40,828 nt of DNA. It comes from a virus. The notes below the pieces were generated by a model that saw only the letters and a program-made list of their open reading frames with translations, did not search any database and was not told the DNA's origin. The position numbers and the translations under genes were made by a program. The DNA is taken from UHGV virus genome UHGV-0352991. One strand, 5' to 3'. Shown here piece by piece: positions 9,719 to 19,163 of this stretch. Each line of letters begins with the position of its first letter. The first letter of the stretch is position 1.

Positions 9719-10174
9719 TTACGCTGCCACTACCGGTGTATAGCTTGGTTTTCCATAACAGGTAACCTCAAACTCCAGGGCATCGATATTCGTTGTATCA
9801 CCGCCTCCTGGGGTAGTCACATTTACTACTACATCACAAGCCAGCTTCGCCCCGGATGTCATGGTCCACTCAAACTTGGTCATTACATCCTGGCCAAATT
9901 TCCATGCAAGGCCTGCGATATAATCATTTCCGGCATCACCTACGGAACGCTTTCCCTTAAAAGCAAAGCTGAGTTTTTTGCCAGTCATAGCAGATTTGGC
10001 CCAGCCTTCTGCGTCCATGGCATACCATTCTTCTGTGGTGCCGTCAATGGTTGGCGCAAAGTTCTCCAGATCCGCAGGCATTACCATATCGCCGTCCACG
10101 CTGTCCATACCCTTTGTACCAAATTTAAACACGTTATTGTGTACAGGATATACTTTTCCTCCTACTTCACTCAT
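9719..10174 (-). CDS. Major tail (tube) protein
   Basis: A 151-aa protein directly upstream of the chaperone pair, with a Gly/Thr-rich composition. Confidence 0.65.
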   Translation of the reverse strand: MSEVGGKVYPVHNNVFKFGTKGMDSVDGDMVMPADLENFAPTIDGTTEEWYAMDAEGWAKSAMTGKKLSFAFKGKRSVGDAGNDYIAGLAWKFGQDVMTKFEWTMTSGAKLACDVVVNVTTPGGGDTTNIDALEFEVTCYGKPSYTPVVAA

Positions 10175-10184
10175 TACACATTCC

Positions 10185-10592
10185 TCACTTTCTCTGATAG
10201 ATAAGATCCAGCCAGATCACATATTCATATACCCCATTATCATCCGTTCCTACGTCCTGGGGTTCAGGAACCATTAAACGCAGATAATTAATGTGGGTAT
10301 CTCCTATGTCCAAGCTGGATATGTTTCTAAGTTTCTCAAATAGTTGATAAGCTGCTTCTTCACTTTCCGGTTTGTCCCTGTTCCAATGGACCAGAAGAGA
10401 GAGCTGCTTTGTATCATAGGTAGTGTATTCAAGACCTCCCAAGGCAATATTGGGTGGTCCGGATCCACTGCGGTTATAAATACCTATGGATTTCTGCTGC
10501 TTATTATCCAGCTTACCGATATAAACATGGCTCTTTTCTGCAATTCCAAGAGAAATGATCCAGTCCTGTATGTCCGTTAACCGCAGCATCAT
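10185..10592 (-). CDS. Tail terminator / tail-completion-like protein (by position)
   Basis: It lies between the head-tail connector genes and the major tail protein. Confidence 0.45.
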   Translation of the reverse strand: MMLRLTDIQDWIISLGIAEKSHVYIGKLDNKQQKSIGIYNRSGSGPPNIALGGLEYTTYDTKQLSLLVHWNRDKPESEEAAYQLFEKLRNISSLDIGDTHINYLRLMVPEPQDVGTDDNGVYEYVIWLDLIYQRK

Positions 10593-11026
10593 ACACCACC
10601 TGCCTTTTTATAAAACTTCTTAAAGGCTTCCCTGCAAAAACCGGAGCTGACACCTCCCGGAAGCCATGGCTCAAGCCATTTACCGCCTGCAAAAGGATTT
10701 TCATACTTCTGGAACTGATATTCCAGATGGTAATACAGCCGCCTTGCATATGGCGTGCTGGATACCAAGCTTACTTTTCCGCTAGAAGCTTCACTGGTGT
10801 CCACGAAGGTGCTTTCATTCTGCAGGTTCCCAGTATCAAACGGCATGACCTGTGCCTGTACCACTTCCGTATGCAGCGCTTCCGCCGTCTGCTCCAAAGC
10901 AACTACTGCTGCACGGGTCAGTTGGCTGATACGGGGCATGTTCAGCTTTATAGTTGACTTTACCTGCATCAGATCACCTCCAGACTGCAATAATTTACCG
11001 TACCGTCCGGATTCCTGTTCTTGCAT
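10589..11026 (-). CDS. Head-tail joining protein (HK97 gp10-like, by position)
   Basis: Its position and size are typical of this class. It is coupled to neighbours by ATGA overlaps. Confidence 0.45.
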   Translation of the reverse strand: MQEQESGRYGKLLQSGGDLMQVKSTIKLNMPRISQLTRAAVVALEQTAEALHTEVVQAQVMPFDTGNLQNESTFVDTSEASSGKVSLVSSTPYARRLYYHLEYQFQKYENPFAGGKWLEPWLPGGVSSGFCREAFKKFYKKAGGV

Positions 11027-11307
11027 CCCTGCTCGATCCGGCGTTCTTCACCAAATACCGTTACTGTTCCGCCACTTAAAGACGGCATATCTGGTGCAAT
11101 GTCTCCCGTAAAAAGCGCTGTACCAGTGATCTGCACCAGCTTCTTTTCCGCTGTCAGAATGGTCTTGGCTTTATCCTGGAAGTTGCACATCAGATCTGCA
11201 TCCAGGCTGTACTTCGGCCTTCCCTTATTATCCAGTTCTTCCGATTCCAGGTGGACATGCACAGGCATCTTACAGAGCCTTTTAGGTACTAAACATGGAT
11301 ATTTCAT
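10969..11307 (-). CDS. Head closure protein (by position)
   Basis: A 112-aa protein in the head-tail connector block. Confidence 0.45.
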   Translation of the reverse strand: MKYPCLVPKRLCKMPVHVHLESEELDNKGRPKYSLDADLMCNFQDKAKTILTAEKKLVQITGTALFTGDIAPDMPSLSGGTVTVFGEERRIEQGCKNRNPDGTVNYCSLEVI

Positions 11308-11311
11308 AGTC

Positions 11312-11698
11312 TCACCTCGCTAAACGGCAGCAAAGGCCCGTCTGGCACAGCATAGCGTATACATCCCGTTTCATGGCAACGCCTTTATCTGTAAACACGT
11401 TCCAGGAATTACCAAACTGCATGGACACACCGTTGATGCTGTAGCTCTGCAAAACCGTGTTGATCTCATCTGCATTTTCTGTCTCAAAATCAGCCTGCTG
11501 GCAGACCACTTCCCGGATCAGGTCCTGCTGGAATGGTGTCAGGTTAGAAAATCCCTGACCTACGATACGGTTGTAAGTCAAGGAATCAATGTGGCGGCTG
11601 GCCTGCCGGAGAGCCTTTTTAAGCTCATCCGCTGGCACAGCACTGCCTTCATATTCAGTCTGGTAATATTCCGGGGTTACATACGGCTCATAAGCCAT
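11312..11698 (-). CDS. Head-tail connector / DNA-packaging adaptor (gp6-like)
   Basis: Its N-terminus YVTPEYYQTEYEG...ELKKALRQASRHIDSLT resembles gp6-type head-tail adaptors. It lies directly after the capsid gene. Confidence 0.55.
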   Translation of the reverse strand: MAYEPYVTPEYYQTEYEGSAVPADELKKALRQASRHIDSLTYNRIVGQGFSNLTPFQQDLIREVVCQQADFETENADEINTVLQSYSINGVSMQFGNSWNVFTDKGVAMKRDVYAMLCQTGLCCRLAR

Positions 11699-11712
11699 AA
11701 GACCACCTCCGA

Positions 11713-12696
11713 TCAGGCTCCGGTATACTCTGTAGTATCCACATCTACGTAGATGCTGTCTACCTTACCATCACGTCCATTCGGGAATACAAACACATCA
11801 GACAGGGAACGGTTCTGATACAGGTATCCGTCACCCTCTGTATGTGCTCCTGGTTCAAAGTAGTAGATGCTGGAGATCTTCGGAACGATCTTGCAGGTCT
11901 GACCGCACGCTACCAAAACATTGATCCTGTGCGCTCCTGTTACAGCAGCTACATGGTTTTCGGTATCCTCTGTCACCTTTTTCAGTGGTGCAAAACCGCC
12001 GTTCTCCGGCTCCCAGTCAAAGGCGTCATAGAAACGCTCATCATCCACTACTTCCATGATTGGCACGCCGTCAATGTCGGTTACACGGGTCTCAATTCCC
12101 ATGCCGCCCTCTGCAACCTGGGTCATCTCGATCTTACGTGTAAATTCGGTAGACTGCTCCAGGGCATCCATAATGGCACTGGATACATACATCATCAACG
12201 TACCATTTGCTTTGTATCTTCTCAGCTTGCCCTTCGCCAGGATATCCTTCAGCATTCCGAATACTTTTGCCTTGGTATAGGTAGCAGCTGCTGTAGCACT
12301 ATGGTATCCCTCTGCCTTCTGTGCTGCCTGCGCTACCTTTGCAAAGAACAGCGCATCTGTTTCCGGAACGACCTGGGTCTGTTCAAAGGTGCGGGAAATG
12401 TTCTGGATGGATGCAGTCGCATTGGTCTCATCCACATCTGCCTTATCCACCAGGAAAGAAATGTCACGGTCATGGGTAAGGGTAAACGGTACATCCTTCT
12501 GGGTATAATCGCCCTTATTCCAGCCGCCATTTCTGTTGTGATTTTTATATCCGGAAGTGGACATCTGGGTAAAGTGGAATGTCTTGGCATCTAACCACTT
12601 TACGTTACTTGTTACAAAGGGAGAAGTTAAAGTCCCCTGCATGAGGATCTCTAATAATTCAGGCTCCCATACCTGTGCATAGTTTAAATTTGGCAT
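11713..12696 (-). CDS. Major capsid protein
   Basis: A 327-aa protein after the scaffold gene, as expected in a head module. Confidence 0.7.
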   Translation of the reverse strand: MPNLNYAQVWEPELLEILMQGTLTSPFVTSNVKWLDAKTFHFTQMSTSGYKNHNRNGGWNKGDYTQKDVPFTLTHDRDISFLVDKADVDETNATASIQNISRTFEQTQVVPETDALFFAKVAQAAQKAEGYHSATAAATYTKAKVFGMLKDILAKGKLRRYKANGTLMMYVSSAIMDALEQSTEFTRKIEMTQVAEGGMGIETRVTDIDGVPIMEVVDDERFYDAFDWEPENGGFAPLKKVTEDTENHVAAVTGAHRINVLVACGQTCKIVPKISSIYYFEPGAHTEGDGYLYQNRSLSDVFVFPNGRDGKVDSIYVDVDTTEYTGA

Positions 12697-12727
12697 ATGA
12701 TCACCTTGTCCTTTCTTAAATCATTTG

Positions 12728-13366
12728 TTAGTTGTTCCAACGGTTCCAGCGTTTAGCCGGGACCCCTGTCTGCTGGGTCTGTGTTGCCTGCTGTGCCTGG
12801 CCCGCACCAGCATTTCCGCTTGCAGCTCCTACCTGTACAAAACCAGTAGTGCCCGCAGCCTGTGGCTTCAATCCCGGAACGTCTTCCAGGACTTTATTCA
12901 GGGCTGCTTTTAAGTTCTCTTCATTGACCTTTCCATCCTGTCCTACTGCCTGACTGAGATCTGCCATTTTGAGGATGTATGGAATTGTTTTGGCATCAAT
13001 ACCCAGGCTTACTGCAGCAAGTATAGCAACATTCTGGATCTGTGCCTGTTTGGCTGCCTCCTGTGCCTGTGTTAGCTGGGTCTGCATAGCTCCCACATCT
13101 GGAGTATTAGCGGCTTTCTGCTGCTTAAAAGCTGCGATCGCCTGCTCTACTTCCTGCTGAGAAAGTCCCTGCTGCTTAAAATAGGCTTTCAGTGCGGTAT
13201 CTTCCTTGGCTGCCAGTGTTCCATCAAGCATCTGTTGGATCTTGCCATAGTCAATAGCTGGTGTTGATGCCTGCTGGGAATTCTGGTTCTGCTGTGTAGT
13301 CTGCCCACTACCGTCTCCTGTGCCCTGCTGATTCTGCTGTGCCTGGTTTTGATTTGTTTCTGCCAT
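12728..13366 (-). CDS. Scaffolding protein
   Basis: It is Gln/Ala-rich and alpha-helical with an aromatic C-terminus (KRWNRWNN). It lies immediately upstream of the capsid gene. Confidence 0.6.
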   Translation of the reverse strand: MAETNQNQAQQNQQGTGDGSGQTTQQNQNSQQASTPAIDYGKIQQMLDGTLAAKEDTALKAYFKQQGLSQQEVEQAIAAFKQQKAANTPDVGAMQTQLTQAQEAAKQAQIQNVAILAAVSLGIDAKTIPYILKMADLSQAVGQDGKVNEENLKAALNKVLEDVPGLKPQAAGTTGFVQVGAASGNAGAGQAQQATQTQQTGVPAKRWNRWNN

Positions 13367-13469
13367 GTTAATAGTCTCCTTTCCATTTTGGGAGTGTCAC
13401 TCCTGTTACTGATCCATTCTCATCGGTGTCACCGGCCGCGCAGAGTTTAATGCCATGCTCGCGTTTGGG

Positions 13470-13500
13470 CATAAAAATAACACGCAGGGCTTTCCTGCGT
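13470..13500 (-). terminator. Rho-independent terminator (CACGCAGG-loop-CCTGCGTG + T-tract)
   Basis: An 8-bp GC-rich stem followed by TTATTTTTAT on the minus strand, right after the 47-aa ORF. Confidence 0.5.
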
Positions 13501-13502
13501 GC

Positions 13503-13646
13503 TTACTGCTCGATCTTATTACATTTGGTACACCGTCTTACATAACCGCCATAAGGACCGGAAGCCCGGCTCCAATGCTTCCGGTAGTGGTGGCAGCACT
13601 CTTTCTTTTTGAAGAACCTCTGCCTGATCCATGATAAAAGCCCCAT
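13503..13646 (-). CDS. Small basic Cys/His-rich (zinc-finger-like) protein, 47 aa
   Basis: Manual ORF MGLLSWIRQRFFKKKECCHHYRKHW...RRCTKCNKIEQ with AAGGTGA RBS. An intrinsic terminator follows it. The 16-bp palindrome sits at its 5' end. Confidence 0.3.
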   Translation of the reverse strand: MGLLSWIRQRFFKKKECCHHYRKHWSRASGPYGGYVRRCTKCNKIEQ

Positions 13647-13678
13647 AAGATCACCTTCTTTCATTTGCGACGTCGCAA

Positions 13679-14002
13679 TTATTCTTCATAAATCACATCT
13701 AACCCATATGCTACCGCTGCATCATGCTCAATCCGGCACCCTCTGGCATTTTCCCAACCCTTACAGAAATAAGCTGCATGACAAAGGGACATATTTTCCA
13801 GACTTTTAGCAAGAAAGCAAAGAGGAATCTGTACCACTCCGCGTTCTTTCATCTTTTCATTGCTGTACCATTCATCAGTAAACAACGTATTCACAATTTC
13901 ATAGCCTTTGGCTTCCAGTGCCTTGATTGCCTGTTCCCTGGTTGCAATAATCTCCTCATCTGTTTTCCCAGCCATTGGCTGACTAAGCATTGCTTTCTTC
14001 AT
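13679..14002 (-). CDS. DUF4406-like (nucleoside 2-deoxyribosyltransferase-like fold) protein
   Basis: C-terminal CHAAYFCKGWENARGCRIEHDAAVAYGLDVIYE matches the DUF4406 GWE-S-G...E...A signature as I recall it. The likely true start is the internal MAGKTDEE. Confidence 0.45.
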   Translation of the reverse strand: MKKAMLSQPMAGKTDEEIIATREQAIKALEAKGYEIVNTLFTDEWYSNEKMKERGVVQIPLCFLAKSLENMSLCHAAYFCKGWENARGCRIEHDAAVAYGLDVIYEE

Positions 14003-14066
14003 CTTCTTATCCTCTCTTTCCTAAAAATGGGTACAAAAATACCACCGGCCTACTGACTGGTGGTAT

Positions 14067-14225
14067 TTACTGACCTTGTTCCCAAGCCCAATTCTTCACT
14101 TTTTTAAACGCCTCTACAGCTTCCTGTGGAACACCTTCAAGCTCGCCATCATGAATACATTTTGCATACGGCTTATAAGTTTCCATCGCCTTTTGAATCT
14201 CCTCCGGATACTTGCGAATTACCAT
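14067..14225 (-). CDS. Hypothetical small protein (52 aa)
   Basis: Manual ORF MVIRKYPEEIQKAMETYKPYAKCIHDGELEGVPQEAVEAFKKVKNWAWEQGQ. It overlaps the end of the minor head ORF in another frame. Confidence 0.2.
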   Translation of the reverse strand: MVIRKYPEEIQKAMETYKPYAKCIHDGELEGVPQEAVEAFKKVKNWAWEQGQ

Positions 14226-15876
14226 GTTTCTTCCCTCTTCGATGTTTTACCATATATTCAGCTTCAACTTCATCATACCTATCAATCCAGAACATTTGAT
14301 CTGCGTAACTACTTATGTCGCTTACATTGTACTCCGTGATACCTGCTCTGTCAATTGTCTTCTTTGCTTCTTTACAAGCATTCTCTATATACTTACCATA
14401 GTTTTCTCTTGTAATTTCACCGTATCGTTTTCTAAAGTTTTCAGCCTGCTTCATATGCCACATCTCATGAAATTCAACATTTCCTTGATCTTTAATCACT
14501 TTACTGTCTGCAATCTGAGGGATATAGAAAACTACATTTTGTATGGCGTCATACTTCCCATACGCTGTAGGCATTTCATCTGGCGAAACTATAATAATTT
14601 TAGGCCTTCTCTCCAGCGAAACTTCCCACTCTTTTAAAGCCTGCTCCGTTCTCTGATTCAATGTATGTAACGCACGAGGTTTTATATTCGTCTGATTGGA
14701 AATGTAAATCTCTGAATAGCTTTCAACTCGCTTAATGTTTATTTTCTGCTGCTGTTTAATAAATATTGTTGATGCTTCACCTCTGGTAACTGGTCTGTAC
14801 GCCTGGTCTTTCCACTCTTCCGCTTTTATCTGGTATTCTTTTTGATTCTCCTTATCCAGCGAATACTCTGCCAGTCTCCCATACTTTTCCACCTGGCGCT
14901 CTGCATACTGTTGCCTGGCTTCCTGCTGGTTCTGAAGTCCAATCTCTTCCAGATCTTCTTTAGTCCAGGTATCATCTGCGGTAGAAATACCAGGGAAATA
15001 TGTAGTATGGCTGTCCTTGCATCTTGGATGATAAAGCCCTTTGCTGATTGCATAACTCATCAGCGGATATTTCTTCCCAGTCTCCGGATCCACGCCGTCC
15101 TTGCTACCACCGCTCCACACATCATCGATCAGGACCTTACCAACAAAAGGAAGGCACTTAGGACACGGGTTTCCACGCTTGGCCATGATAACTGTTGTAA
15201 CTCCCCACTCCTGACGTTTTTCGCCTTCTCCCTGCAGGTAAGCTCTTTTACTGGCTGTCCGGATCGCCATATCTGCATAGTCTGAAAGCGTATGTCTGGC
15301 ACCGTTGGCATACTCCACGCAGTTAAGACCACGGGACAGCATATCTTTGGTAGCCATGTCCACAGCCTTTTCATAGGTCCCGGCACCTGTATTGGCATAT
15401 ACCTGGGCATTGAAGATCGCTTTTCGGTAATCATCGTTAGCCTTGCGAAGCACCGCTGTTTCCACTTTCTCCATATCGTCTCTGGTGGCTTTGATCAGCG
15501 CTTCCAGTTTACGGTCATTCAGCTTAAAAAACTCTGCCGTAGCTCCCGAGCCAGTTTTCTTAGCCCCCTTAAAGCCTTTCTTAATCGCCTGAAGTATACG
15601 CCTTTCCTGCTGCATACCGCCTTTTGACCGTGACATCCGGATCAGACTGTCAATCTGGTCATTAATACTTTTAAACTGCTTACTGTATTTCTGCTGGTTG
15701 CGGACTTTGTACTTTTCCAGGGCTTTTAGCTGCTCTGTCTGCCACATGGACCAGTTATAACCCTCTTTGGTTTCCTCTGCCCTGTGCCGGTCCATATTCC
15801 GGATCATAGAAGCTATCAGCTCATCCTCTATCTTCTGGAAAGCTGCAGCAAGATCATATTCATTCTTCCTTGGCAT
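14173..15876 (-). CDS. Minor head / head morphogenesis protein (SPP1 gp7 / Mu F-like, by position)
   Basis: A 567-aa ORF directly downstream of the portal, which is the usual location of this protein. Confidence 0.55.
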   Translation of the reverse strand: MPRKNEYDLAAAFQKIEDELIASMIRNMDRHRAEETKEGYNWSMWQTEQLKALEKYKVRNQQKYSKQFKSINDQIDSLIRMSRSKGGMQQERRILQAIKKGFKGAKKTGSGATAEFFKLNDRKLEALIKATRDDMEKVETAVLRKANDDYRKAIFNAQVYANTGAGTYEKAVDMATKDMLSRGLNCVEYANGARHTLSDYADMAIRTASKRAYLQGEGEKRQEWGVTTVIMAKRGNPCPKCLPFVGKVLIDDVWSGGSKDGVDPETGKKYPLMSYAISKGLYHPRCKDSHTTYFPGISTADDTWTKEDLEEIGLQNQQEARQQYAERQVEKYGRLAEYSLDKENQKEYQIKAEEWKDQAYRPVTRGEASTIFIKQQQKINIKRVESYSEIYISNQTNIKPRALHTLNQRTEQALKEWEVSLERRPKIIIVSPDEMPTAYGKYDAIQNVVFYIPQIADSKVIKDQGNVEFHEMWHMKQAENFRKRYGEITRENYGKYIENACKEAKKTIDRAGITEYNVSDISSYADQMFWIDRYDEVEAEYMVKHRRGKKHGNSQVSGGDSKGDGNL

Positions 15877-16087
15877 CAGTATTCACCCGTTTCTGAATAT
15901 TAGCTGCAATCCTTGCACAGCGCTTTCTGTTTATGCAACGGATATTATTCTGGCAGTTGGGTGCTCTCATAACGCAGCTATACTCGATTTTCTCTAACTC
16001 CGGTTCAAAATCCGGACAGTATGCGCAAAAGTCCTGCAATAATAACGTAAATCCTGGAATATCCATACTACTATCTCCTGTTCGCAT
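15860..16087 (-). CDS. Hypothetical Cys-rich small protein
   Basis: It contains CAYCPDF...CVMRAPNC...CINRKRC. It sits in the gap between the portal and minor head genes. Confidence 0.25.
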   Translation of the reverse strand: MRTGDSSMDIPGFTLLLQDFCAYCPDFEPELEKIEYSCVMRAPNCQNNIRCINRKRCARIAANIQKRVNTDAKEE

Positions 16088-16316
16088 ATACCTTATAGCC
16101 TTGTGCCTTAAAGTTACGGGTAAGATCTTTAAGCTGAGTCATGCTGCTACAACGGTCCACCCTTAATTCTGCATAGCCTTTTTTCTCAATCGCATATATT
16201 CCAAAAGGTACCTGCTCACTGGCTATTTCCAGCAGCCCCTGATACTCCTTCTGGCTCATTCGGTAAACCCGGTTCATTACCTTCACCTGCATTGCCTTCA
16301 CCCCCAAGATTGACAT
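16071..16316 (-). CDS. Hypothetical small protein
   Basis: An ORF with non-repetitive composition. It overlaps the portal 3' end, so the true start is probably internal. Confidence 0.25.
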   Translation of the reverse strand: MSILGVKAMQVKVMNRVYRMSQKEYQGLLEIASEQVPFGIYAIEKKGYAELRVDRCSSMTQLKDLTRNFKAQGYKVYANRR

Positions 16317-17802
16317 TAAAAAGCCCGGCAGCCATATTGACTCCCGGTTCTTCTACCTCTGTAATACCCTGTTCTGCTTTCAGACGTGCTATTTCTTCCT
16401 GTTTCCACTGATCATCCCTGGAATCTCCATACAGTTCTTCCACTTGGGCTTCCACACTCATCAGTGCGACGCCAGGCCGCGCTTTTGCCATTGTCTCAAC
16501 CTGACTTTCAAAAGAAGGATTTGCGTACTCACCGAACGGAATATCCACCTTTACCTCTTCAATTGGATTTTTTAAGAGAATATTGTAGGCATTAATGGCA
16601 GCACTGACCAGTTTCGGAAGCTTCTCCTGCAAGGCTTCCACGATAGCATTCCTGGTGTAAAGAGTTGTCTTTTCCTTCTCTCGCTGTGCTTCTGCATTAT
16701 CCAGCTTCTTAACATCAATTCCCAGTGTACTTGGGCTGATGATTCCCTGCAGGCAGAGATCCAATGCGGTCACATAAGAGGCCAGATAACTGTCATGAGG
16801 GATTGTTGGCTGATCTGTCTGTATCTTATTTTCAGCCTTTTCTGACATGTCATTGTCACCAGCAAAAAAGCGGCAGTCAAAGGAATTAGCCTTGAGTGGT
16901 GCGCCGGTCTCTGGGTTTTTAGGAACCAGGCATTCAGGGATATATGTCTTAGCCCTTCCTGCTCTTAAAGCATCCATCCACTGGGACCATACCTCATCCA
17001 GCGCGTCGAAGCTGTCCAGTTTACCATCAAAGACTGATCCACCTCTGCCTTCATACTTCGCTGACTCGTATACGTTGATCGGTACTGCAAGGATCATCTG
17101 CTTATCAAATGAAACATCCTGAAGCGCTTCTGTTTCCCTAAGAAGGGCTTTATTCACAAGCGTATTGCCCTGATACAGTTCATTGGTTATATAACCATAT
17201 CCGTATCTTTCATTTAATACATAAGTTTTTCCACCGCTTTTGTACGGCGTCTTAAAGATCACTTCCTGTATACGGTCACGTCTGCGTATGATCTCGATCC
17301 GTTCTCCCGGATACCATTCCAGGATAGGGAATTCACTTACCTGCGTATCAATAGTCACTTTAAATGCACCATCTCCGATACAAAGGATCTCTTTTAAGGC
17401 TTTTTCCATTTTCTTACGGAAATCATTTGCCTGTGCTATGCTTTCCCACAGCTGTTCCTGCTGGTCACTGTCAAAATCAAAATCATTCATATCCGCCATG
17501 GTAATAGCTGCCAGTGTGCGGACGATCAGCCCTGGAAGGCCTGTATGTACCTTACGCATTTCCAAACCAGGCGTACACTTACTTGCCCAGAACTTATATT
17601 GATCAGCACAATCACGCACTTCCCTGTACAGCTGCTCCAGCTCATTGCTGTCACCTCTGTACCAGATCCGGTTACGGATCGCACTTGTCTCAAAGTCTAA
17701 TAATTCATTGATCTGTATGTTATATGGACTGGCTGGAATCACATTCAACCAGCTTCGTATCCCCCGCTTGATATTCTCGTTCATTTGTTCCAACCACCTC
17801 AT
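16216..17802 (-). CDS. Portal protein
   Basis: A 528-aa ORF between terminase large subunit and the head genes, with an acidic, Gly-rich C-terminus. Confidence 0.75.
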   Translation of the reverse strand: MRWLEQMNENIKRGIRSWLNVIPASPYNIQINELLDFETSAIRNRIWYRGDSNELEQLYREVRDCADQYKFWASKCTPGLEMRKVHTGLPGLIVRTLAAITMADMNDFDFDSDQQEQLWESIAQANDFRKKMEKALKEILCIGDGAFKVTIDTQVSEFPILEWYPGERIEIIRRRDRIQEVIFKTPYKSGGKTYVLNERYGYGYITNELYQGNTLVNKALLRETEALQDVSFDKQMILAVPINVYESAKYEGRGGSVFDGKLDSFDALDEVWSQWMDALRAGRAKTYIPECLVPKNPETGAPLKANSFDCRFFAGDNDMSEKAENKIQTDQPTIPHDSYLASYVTALDLCLQGIISPSTLGIDVKKLDNAEAQREKEKTTLYTRNAIVEALQEKLPKLVSAAINAYNILLKNPIEEVKVDIPFGEYANPSFESQVETMAKARPGVALMSVEAQVEELYGDSRDDQWKQEEIARLKAEQGITEVEEPGVNMAAGLFNVNLGGEGNAGEGNEPGLPNEPEGVSGAAGNSQ

Positions 17803-19163
17803 TTCTTATCCTCCTCAAACCCGATCATGTTGCGATACGGTATCCAGCTATACTGTCCCGCATTGATCGTATGGTCATTTCTGTCTTCCGGCTTATCCTT
17901 GTCTTCTTCCCAACTATATTTTTCAAGCTCAGCTAAATGTTCCGGGCACTCATCAACCACCAGGTAACAATCCTGCTGGATCCAGCCAAGCTGCAGTTTG
18001 ATACGGTCCAGGATCTCCAGTTTCTTGTAAGCATCCCAGAAGTTATAAATGCAGCCATTCAGACGCCTGTATTTTTTAAGCTCCGTCATGGTTGCCTGGT
18101 CAGCATTGTCTATGTATACATCTTTTGCAAATCCCCACTCCTTCCGGCAGCGTTCCAAAAATCCCACAAACTTTACAGCTGTATCGCTGGGAGCAATGGG
18201 ATTTTCCAGTTCTGCATTGTTGTAAACCTTTTCTGCCAGCGTGATCAGCCGTCTGTCTTCTGTGATTCCCTGAAAGATCATTGAGATCGTATCTGGTGAC
18301 TTGCTGGAATAAGCTGTATCCAGTCCGCAGGAAAACTTCTTCCAACGGATCCGGCCCGCCTTTACCTCTGCTCTTACCCAGGTGGCGGTGACAACATGCT
18401 TTTTTCGGTCGAAGTTTGGAAATACCAATCCGGTGGCTTTACCGCGAATCCCCAGAATTTTATTCTTCCAGATTTTCGTGCCTTTCGGTGTGTTAGCCAA
18501 GATCTTGTCCAGCTTTTCCTTTGGCAGACCCAGATTATGGGCAAAAGAAAAGAACCAATGCACCCAGCCGTGCTTTGGCTCTTCTTTCAATTCATCTTTG
18601 ATTTCCTGTGGTGTTTCCTCTTCCCACTCTGGCAGAGGCCGGGAGCAGTTGATGTACTCTTTATACACCGGTAATGACGGATCATCCGGATTAAGCGTAG
18701 CCATGAGATAATCACAACGCATAGCCGCCTCTCGTACAAAGTCTATATCAGCTGTGTTGATCTCATCAATATACAGGCAGCCATACTGACCCCCCAGAGC
18801 CTTCTGCCATTTCTTCTTGTCACCGTAGCCCATCACGTATATGACTTTATCACCACCGGAAGTATGGAACAGGATATGGGGGATCTTATCGTCCTTAGTC
18901 CCGTTGCCGTTGTACTCAACGAGGACACCAAAATCATCCATGATGCCAAGATCTTTGTTGATGATGTTCTTCTCAGCAGTACCGGTATCCTTGGCTGCTA
19001 TGATGTGCAGCTTCTTGGGAGACTCTGCCACTTTCAGCATGAACTTAAACAGCCCTACTGTGGTTTTTCCGGCCGCTGTTGTCCCTTCCAGGAACTCTAC
19101 CGGTGCATCACATCTGAGAAATGCTTTGTATTTATCTGATAACAACAAACGTTCTGCACTCAC
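17799..19163 (-). CDS. terL: Terminase large subunit
   Basis: Walker A motif GTTAAGKTT near the N-terminus and a C-terminal nuclease-like region. It overlaps the portal start (ATGA). Confidence 0.85.
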   Translation of the reverse strand: MSAERLLLSDKYKAFLRCDAPVEFLEGTTAAGKTTVGLFKFMLKVAESPKKLHIIAAKDTGTAEKNIINKDLGIMDDFGVLVEYNGNGTKDDKIPHILFHTSGGDKVIYVMGYGDKKKWQKALGGQYGCLYIDEINTADIDFVREAAMRCDYLMATLNPDDPSLPVYKEYINCSRPLPEWEEETPQEIKDELKEEPKHGWVHWFFSFAHNLGLPKEKLDKILANTPKGTKIWKNKILGIRGKATGLVFPNFDRKKHVVTATWVRAEVKAGRIRWKKFSCGLDTAYSSKSPDTISMIFQGITEDRRLITLAEKVYNNAELENPIAPSDTAVKFVGFLERCRKEWGFAKDVYIDNADQATMTELKKYRRLNGCIYNFWDAYKKLEILDRIKLQLGWIQQDCYLVVDECPEHLAELEKYSWEEDKDKPEDRNDHTINAGQYSWIPYRNMIGFEEDKK

